Positions 57,186-64,000 of a stretch of DNA of 64,000 nucleotides are shown piece after piece; within the stretch, counting starts at the first letter, position 1, and each line of letters begins with the position of its first letter. Below the pieces are notes generated by a model. It did no database searches. It was not told the DNA's origin and saw nothing but the letters and a program-made list of their open reading frames with translations. Where the stretch lies: the NCBI GenBank assembly GCA_043228905.1, contig JBHGNT010000008.1, positions 7,440,001 to 7,504,000 on the forward strand. The letters are read 5' to 3'. Made by a program: the position numbers and the translations under genes. Origin of the DNA: Azolla caroliniana (lineage: Eukaryota > Plantae > Polypodiophyta).

Positions 57186-59753
57186 TGTGAGAATAGATGT
57201 TTTGAAGCTTTTATATTGAGGTCCTAAGCCTCTTAAGCATATTTCCACCTTATCATCATCTTCTACCTTTACATTAATAGAAGCAAGTGACTCGCATATG
57301 CTCTTTATTTTTAGAGGATACTCATTAACTGACATATTACCTTTTTCCAAGGTATTTAGCTCAGTCTTCAACTGAAGCTTTCTAGCCTCTGTGTTTACTG
57401 CAAACAGTTTCACCAAACTGTCCCAAGCTTCTTTTGGAAGCAAAGCATCTTGTATGTGTCCAAGCATCGAATCTGAGATGTTAAGTGACAACCAATGCAA
57501 TACTTTCCTTGCTCCTTGATTCCATTCCTTAAATGCTTTGATCTGTGCAGCAGTTGCATTTTCTTCAGGGATCTCTGGAGCCTCATCTAGGTCTCCTTCA
57601 ATGTAATCCCAGATCCTTTTCCCATCAGGAAGTTTGTCATTCTGAATTTCCACGCAGGGAAATAATTGTTTTTGTCCAACTTTTCTATGACTATTTGGCT
57701 TCCATTCTCTCTTTCAAATTAGGGCTTTTGCTACGATTAACTTCACATAAAACTCTCTGATTCAGATCAGCAACCAAAACCAAACTTCTCAGATTTGTAT
57801 TGTTCCTCTTTACGAGCAACTCTGCTCTGATACCATGTTATGAAGGCGCTCCGGCTCTTCTTCGTGCGTAGCGGATCGTGATGTGCTGGATCATTAGTTG
57901 TGCTCAAGACAAAAAAAGAAGGGGAAGGGGACTTACCTCTGTAGCAAACCAAAAAGCTTTTAATTCATTACATGCATAGAAACCTCTCTCGTCTGTTTTT
58001 CTTACAACGACACTCTCTCACTACTCTCCCACTACTCTCTTACTTTTTTTTACCTAAGTATATAAGTGACTTATATATGCAGCTAATTAGCTATGACTAG
58101 CTAAATAGTTGTTTTACTTATATATCCACTAGTATCTAATTTCCTAATAGCTACTATAGGAGATCTCACTTACCAATATGCATCATATGCTTTTGTTGAG
58201 CTTGTTTCTCAACATATTTGGGACACGTTGTTCCTGTCAAGAAAATTCCCCAGCATCCCATCCCGGGGTGTGTTTTGCTAGGAGATGTTGCCGTTTTGAT
58301 GGTTTATTTGGCGTGGTCTTCGGCCAGACCCGCTACTTCGGTTTGATGGTGCTTGGTGGAAGCAACACCGTCAGCCACTGTGCCAATCCAACCGAAGCTT
58401 TCTTGCGACAACTGCAATCGTCGTCCATAAGGAGTCGGCCACTATTATGAACCAATCAACCTATAGGCCCTCAAATGTTGCGATGATGAAGCCGACCCTG
58501 TTTTTTGGCACGGTGAGTGGCCGGGGATGAATAAATCTATACTTGAGTAACACCCGAGCCACTTCCTGGAACATGAGATCTTCTCCACCATGCGTCCGGT
58601 ACGCCTTGCTTGCGATTGAGAACTCCCCAAAATAGTCTATCAAGATTTGGGTCAAGGGATTCTCGATGGAATATAGGCCTCCAGAAGATAATCTGATGAC
58701 CGCCTACACTATTCCTTCGGAGAGTTCTTCGAGGTCAATTGTCGTTGCAACCTTCTCCGGTTCTTCGTGCGGTTGTGCCTCAGCTACCTAGATGAAGCCT
58801 TCGAGGCCGTTCTTCATCAGCCAATCCCATGTTGCATTCGAGAGCGCCATGGGTTCGGTTTGTTCTTCTTCAAGGGCTTCTAAAGTTGAGCACTAGGGTT
58901 TTGCAGAAGCCTGCGCACTCTGTGCTCGTAAGATCTTTCTTTCATGAAATAAGAGTCCCTCGTGTGTCATTCAAAACCGCCTACTTTGCTTCCCGCGCAT
59001 GCACGTCGTGTACTATAATAGCATTATTACTCCGCGTGGTGTGCGTTAAATAGGCTGACGTCACGCATTTTCATGGTGACCATTCAAAATCTGGAAGAAT
59101 ATCTTTCTTTTCTTTTCTTTTCTTTTCTTTTCTTGTGCGTCCCGGGTTCCCTTGCCATACCAAGTGCCGTTGGGTCATCCAAGACATTTCGGTTGTACTA
59201 GCTCCGGTGTAATTGGAATTTCTCTGGTTGCCTTCTGCTCCTCTAGTGTCGTCGGAATTTCGCCGGTTGCCTAGTCCTTCTGTTCTTCCGGTATCGTCGG
59301 GATTTCGCCAGTTTTCTGGTCCTTATGATCCTCCAGTTGCTTCAACGGGTTTGCTGGCATTGGTCTTTTGTAATGTTTCAATAGGAATACGTTGACCCAT
59401 TTCTCTAGTAATTCCTCAGCTAGAGTACCAAGCTGATAGGACCCCTTGAACTCCCTTGTGATCCAAAATGGTCCTGTCCACCAGAACCTCAGCTTTCCTA
59501 GCATGCTGCCCATCCGAGTCTAGAATACCAATACCGGTTTGCCTATTCCGAAGTCTTTTACGTTGCGCCTTCGGTGTTGGTCCACAAAAGCTTTCCGCCA
59601 TCGTAACTCTAGCTCTAATTGCAGTAGATTGATGATCCAGTGTTCCTCCAATTCACATAATGTTTCCAACTGTATTCTTTCGGATTCTTTCTTGGTCAAT
59701 CGCTCCTGGACCTGTATCCGTTGTTGTGAAAATCCGTCACTATGTGCAGATCA

Positions 59754-60288
59754 TGACGAGAATAGCGCGGAATATTGTCTGGCTACAACAGAGTCTTGAA
59801 TCACTTCTATTAGAATGAAACACAGTAATGGGAAATGGAGAGTACACAAGGAAATACATAGGATGTTTACGTGGAAAACCATAATAGGGAAAAACCACGG
59901 GAGCCCACAGACTCTGAACTATCACTATATGAGAAAGGTACATTTAGAGCCTCAGAGGCAATGACCTTGAGCTCTATATCTTCACCAACCAGCGGTTACA
60001 GTAGAGTATCTTTCTGTATCTCACACTCTCTCTCTTTATCGCTCTCTGTACAACAGTTACAATAGTATGACAACAACACTATGTACTCACTATACTAAGT
60101 GATTGCCCTAAGTCATATTTATACTTATATGAACTTAGGGCTATTTACAAATATAGCCACAATAGGCTTACTCAAAACATATTTACAGATATGTCTTCTC
60201 TTCCGGTTCTCACCATGTCTCCTCCAGTTCTCACCGGGTCCTCTTTATTCATCACTAGATCCCATCCGGAGAGACCGATTTCCCAACA
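59754..60288. mobile_element. LTR of the same family as 45862-46372
   Basis: TGACGAGAAT...TTTCCCAACA; flanks GATCA/TACCA are imperfect. Confidence 0.75.
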
Positions 60289-60384
60289 TACCATGAGGTG
60301 GAACCGCCGGGGTAATGGACGGGAAGGAAATAGGGTTCACACGCACAACACAAGGAAGGCTTACACAAAAAAGGCACGAGTATT

Positions 60385-61360
60385 CGAACGTGTTTGTGAA
60401 AAGGAGAGGTGCATGGGCAAGCCCGAATCAACCCCTAGTCACAAGGCGAACGAATGCACGTGAGGAAGGCTTACACACGGACACACAAGGAAAAGGCTAA
60501 CTTACACACACGAGAGATAGAGTTTCGAATGACTTTGTGAAAAGAGAGGTGCATGGGCAAGCCCGAACGCTCCCTTGTTACAAGACACGCGAACACACAA
60601 GGAAAAGGCTTACTTACACACACGAGAGACAGAGTTTCGAATGCCTTTGTGAAAAGAGAGGTACATGGGCAAGCCCGAATGCTCCCTTGTTACAAGACAC
60701 ACGAACACACAAGCAAGGTTACACACGGGAGACACAATTTCGAACTCCTTTGTCAAAGGAGAGGTGCATGGGCAAGCCCGAACGTTCCCTTGCCACAAGT
60801 CGCACGAACACACAAGGAAGATTTACACTAACACACAAGACACGAAAGTTTGAACGCCTTTGTGAAAGGAGAGGTGCATGGGCAAGCCCAAACGCTCCCT
60901 TGCACAAGTCGCACGAACACACAAGCAAGATTTACACTAACACGCAAGACACGAAAGTTTGAATGCATTTGTGAAAGGAGAGGTGCATGGGCAAGCCCGA
61001 ACGCTCCCTTGCCACAAGTCGCACGAACACACAAGCAAGATTTACACTAACACGCAAGACACGAAAGTTTGAATGCATTTGTGAAAGGAGAGGTGCATGG
61101 GCAAGCCCGAACGCTCCCTTGCCACAAGTCGCACGAACACACAAGCAAGATTTACACTAACACATAAGACATGAAAGTTTGAATGCCTTTGTGAAAGGAG
61201 ACGTGCATGGGCAAGCCCGAAACGCTCCCTTGTCACAAGATACACAAACAAACAAGCACAAATGACAATAACATATAAGATACGTAAGTTTGAATGTCTT
61301 TGTGAAAGGAGAGGTGCATGGGCAAGCCTGAAATGCTCCCTTGTCACAAGACACACAAAC
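60385..61360. repeat. Tandem array, ~9 units of ~110 bp
   Basis: TTTGTGAAAGGAGAGGTGCATGGGCAAGCCCGAACGCTCCCTTG recurs; period is exactly 110 bp in the core. Confidence 0.92.
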
Positions 61361-62099
61361 AAATAAGCACAAATAACGATAACATATAAGACACATAGGT
61401 GAAACCAAACATTAGTTTATTACAATATAATAGATTTACATACGTAGCCCTCATGGGATGCACACTTAGACTATTTACAAATATAGTCTCCCAAGTTGGC
61501 TATTTACACGATTCCGGATTCGGCCTCGGCCGAGTCACTCATCAACTCGGCTCCTATTTTCCGACTCTTCAACTGTCAATTGAGTAGAGCTACCGCGTTC
61601 CTTCTCCCTCCCCCCCTTGTTCACTAGAATAGGCTCTTCTTATTTACAGATTTAGGATTGCTTGCCTTTTTCCCCTAAAAAAAAAGCTTGTCTATATGAG
61701 TCGACTTTTCTTTTCCTCAATATTTCTGTTTTCTAGCCCCAAATTTCACATGCTTTGGGTTAGCTTTCTTATGCATCTTTTCTTTTCTAATTTGGACATC
61801 TGACGAGGAAATTATGAGCTTTTCTCTCTACTATGCTCCTCATATCCACGCATGCTTTTTTTTTCTCTCCATCTTTTTGTCTACTTTTGAAAACCGCCTC
61901 TAACTTAATATTCATCATTATTTATTGTATGGTTCAATCCTTTGACCATTTATTTATAAGGAATTATCTTTGGCAAACGAAAAAGTATTTTTGCTACCAA
62001 TAAAGTTGACTTCACAGTACTAGTTTATTTGAACTACTATTTTACTTCTTTTGGAGGGTGGTTTCACAGTATGTGTAAGAAACATCACGACACCATAGA

Positions 62100-64000
62100 C
62101 TAGGAACCTGAAATTTTATGGGCATGACCGCCTCTAGCCTGAATGTTAATTGGTACGGTGTTATCTAGATACTTGTTTTGTACGTCGTCCGATATGCCCA
62201 CAACACACTGTGCAATTTTGTATCCCAATCCGTCCAGATTTTGTTCACAATCTTCCGGAGGATGTTTTGAAGCGTCTTGTTGTTGTTCCTCAAGCTCGAC
62301 AGTGCCAATCAATGATTTTTGGATAATCACTCGATCCTTGTGTTCTTGGGCCAGCAACCACGATACTTACTGTAGACGTTGGGCAAGCCATTCAACTAGT
62401 TCATATGATGTGTCGAATTGCATAATGGCTGCCAATTCATGTGTTGTTGGTGGAAGTTTGGGTACGCCTAATACTTCTCTGAGATGCATCAATGATGATT
62501 TTCCTTTCTCTACCCTGCTTGTGTCACTTGGATCGACACATCTTTGCTTTTCTGCTTGCTTCTGTTGTGTTTCCACTCTCTATCATTTCTCAGTTGGTGC
62601 TTCTTTGTCCAATTGTGGGTATCGTTGAGCTTTCTGCTTTGTTCGTCCCATTTGTTGCGTTGCGTTTGGATTCTGAACGTGTTCTCTAACAAGTGGAGGT
62701 GTTGGAGTCTGTGTCGACTCTAGCACTGTGGTGTTAGGCATAGGAGTCGTTATTGGCTCCTATTGTTGCTTGGGTACAGCTTCTAAATGTCAGAACGATT
62801 CCGACTATTGTGTGTCGATAGTTGTCGGCTCCGGTTCCTGCCATTCTTCTCGTGACACTTCTCTCCGGGTCCTTGATGTTGTCTGTGGCATTGATTGCCC
62901 CCTTGTCCTTGGGGTGCTACGCTGACCCTCCAAACTAGGTATCGGGCAGAGTATTGTAAGCCATCTAGCGAATATATGCTTCATGGGTTTGCCATTTTGA
63001 ACCGCTCTCTGAGTGTCTCCCCGTCATGTAGCCCCAGTCGAACACATCCCCTTCATATGTAGATATAATAAAACCTGCCCATTTTTAAGGCATACAATAG
63101 AATCGGGGACTGATGAATGCGACCTCTAACAGAAACTTGGCGACCTTGTGAAAGAATTCATCTTGACCACCTTGAGTTTGATACGCTTTGGTCGATGGCG
63201 AATAATCACCGAAATATGACCGCAACACTTTCGGTTCTAGCTTTTCCATTGCATCAAATCCTTCTCTTCTAAGATTAAGGAAGCGACGTACCTGTTTGTT
63301 GGTGATTTTGGCGACGTCGATTTGATGGATTATTTCTACGGCACGTGGGTGTGGTTCGGCCTCTGCAACTTGCAAATACCCTTCCAATCCTTTATTGTGC
63401 AACCACTATCGCAGTCTATCTGATACAGGGATCGGCATGTTCTCATCTTGGGAGATGTCAAAACTATTGACCAATGGATAGTTGTATTGTTATGTGCAGA
63501 GAGAAGAAAATATATGTACTCTGTGCACTCAAAATGTTTTCTGTTTTTATGAGATAGAAAGTGTGAAGGTAGGGTTTTGAGGGAATAGACATTTCATTTT
63601 TTCGAGGAAAACATAATATACTATTTATGACAGTATGCTATTTATGACAATGATAGTACGAATATAGTAATAAAAGCTCCACCACTCATAATGAATGTTG
63701 CATGATTTTGTGGCTTGTCCATATATAGTCTGAAAAAGACAATGCCAAGAAGTCATCATGCTTTTTCTGTTATCTATTTGCCAAGACTAATTTTCTGGGT
63801 TTTTTTATTTTAGATTTACATTCATGAGTTTGCCACGTCACGGTGGGGTTGGTTGACAATCGGTGTCGACTCCGTCTTGAAATGGATTTGTTGGCATTGA
63901 TCCCTTATATGGTTTTAGTTGAAAACCATTTACCCATTTCGGCATGATTTCTCCTGAGAGTGTGCCGACCTGATATGTACCATTATTGTTGTCGACTATC
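62100..64000 (-). mobile_element. Element H: degenerate A-group gypsy element (integrase tail and ORF2), continues beyond the window
   Basis: KWVNGFQLKPYKG at the right edge; WLHNKGLEGYL...YFGDYSPSTKAYQTQGGQD is an ORF2 homologue. Confidence 0.8.

Larger units (their letters stand above)
46554..58214 (-). mobile_element. Element G: decayed Ty1/Copia element
   Basis: LTRs 46554-46949 and 57836-58214; PBS TGGTATCAGAGC (iMet); PPT TTGAGAGGGAG; TSD TATCT/TATTT; order gag-INT-RT-RH (LRSDGGEY, IYADD, FHARTKHIE). Confidence 0.92.
43484..59721 (-). mobile_element. Element F: decayed A-like gypsy element (3' LTR 43484-43978, ORF2 pieces, integrase C-terminus ~59200-59721), with nested insertions
   Basis: LTR shares CCCTTTGGTGAAGTGT with A; ORF2 homology at 44000-45860, 46373-46553 and 58215-58850; GKLRFWWTGPFWIT. 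Confidence 0.85.

Noticed and set aside
60385-61360. CRISPR-like array
   Set aside because: Inter-repeat segments are homologous to each other rather than unique spacers; eukaryotic context; no cas genes.
61600-61620. Polypyrimidine tract as the PPT of element H
   Set aside because: No adjacent LTR terminus could be identified, so the 3' end of H cannot be scored for or against the tRNA-like module.

Overview
Eukaryotic nuclear DNA from a land plant; the TE repertoire suggests a non-seed plant (inference only). It starts with the last three exons of PsbS (59-2411). The remaining ~61 kb is a nested retrotransposon island, and most layers can be resolved by target-site duplications (TSDs). A LINE is split by Ty3/gypsy element B, which hosts the intact gypsy element A and the chromovirus C1. 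A decayed gypsy element F hosts a Copia element G, which hosts the chromovirus C2, a near-identical twin of C1. There is also a tRNA-Trp-primed gypsy element D, several solo LTRs and a ~110-bp tandem array. Main observation: five copies of one non-chromovirus gypsy group (Z, A, B, E, F), mostly with dissimilar LTRs, have no polypurine tract next to the 3' LTR. They instead carry a 40-nt module: a covarying hairpin followed by a sense copy of the tRNA-Arg(UCU) 3' end. The module ends in CCA, 2 nt before the LTR in four of the five copies. This suggests plus-strand priming by a tRNA or tRNA mimic. The same group encodes a conserved ~900-aa extra ORF. A second observation is antisense, outward-facing tRNA-like Pol III A/B-box cassettes in the U3 regions of two unrelated LTR families. 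tRNA identities are from recalled plant tRNA sequences and need confirmation.
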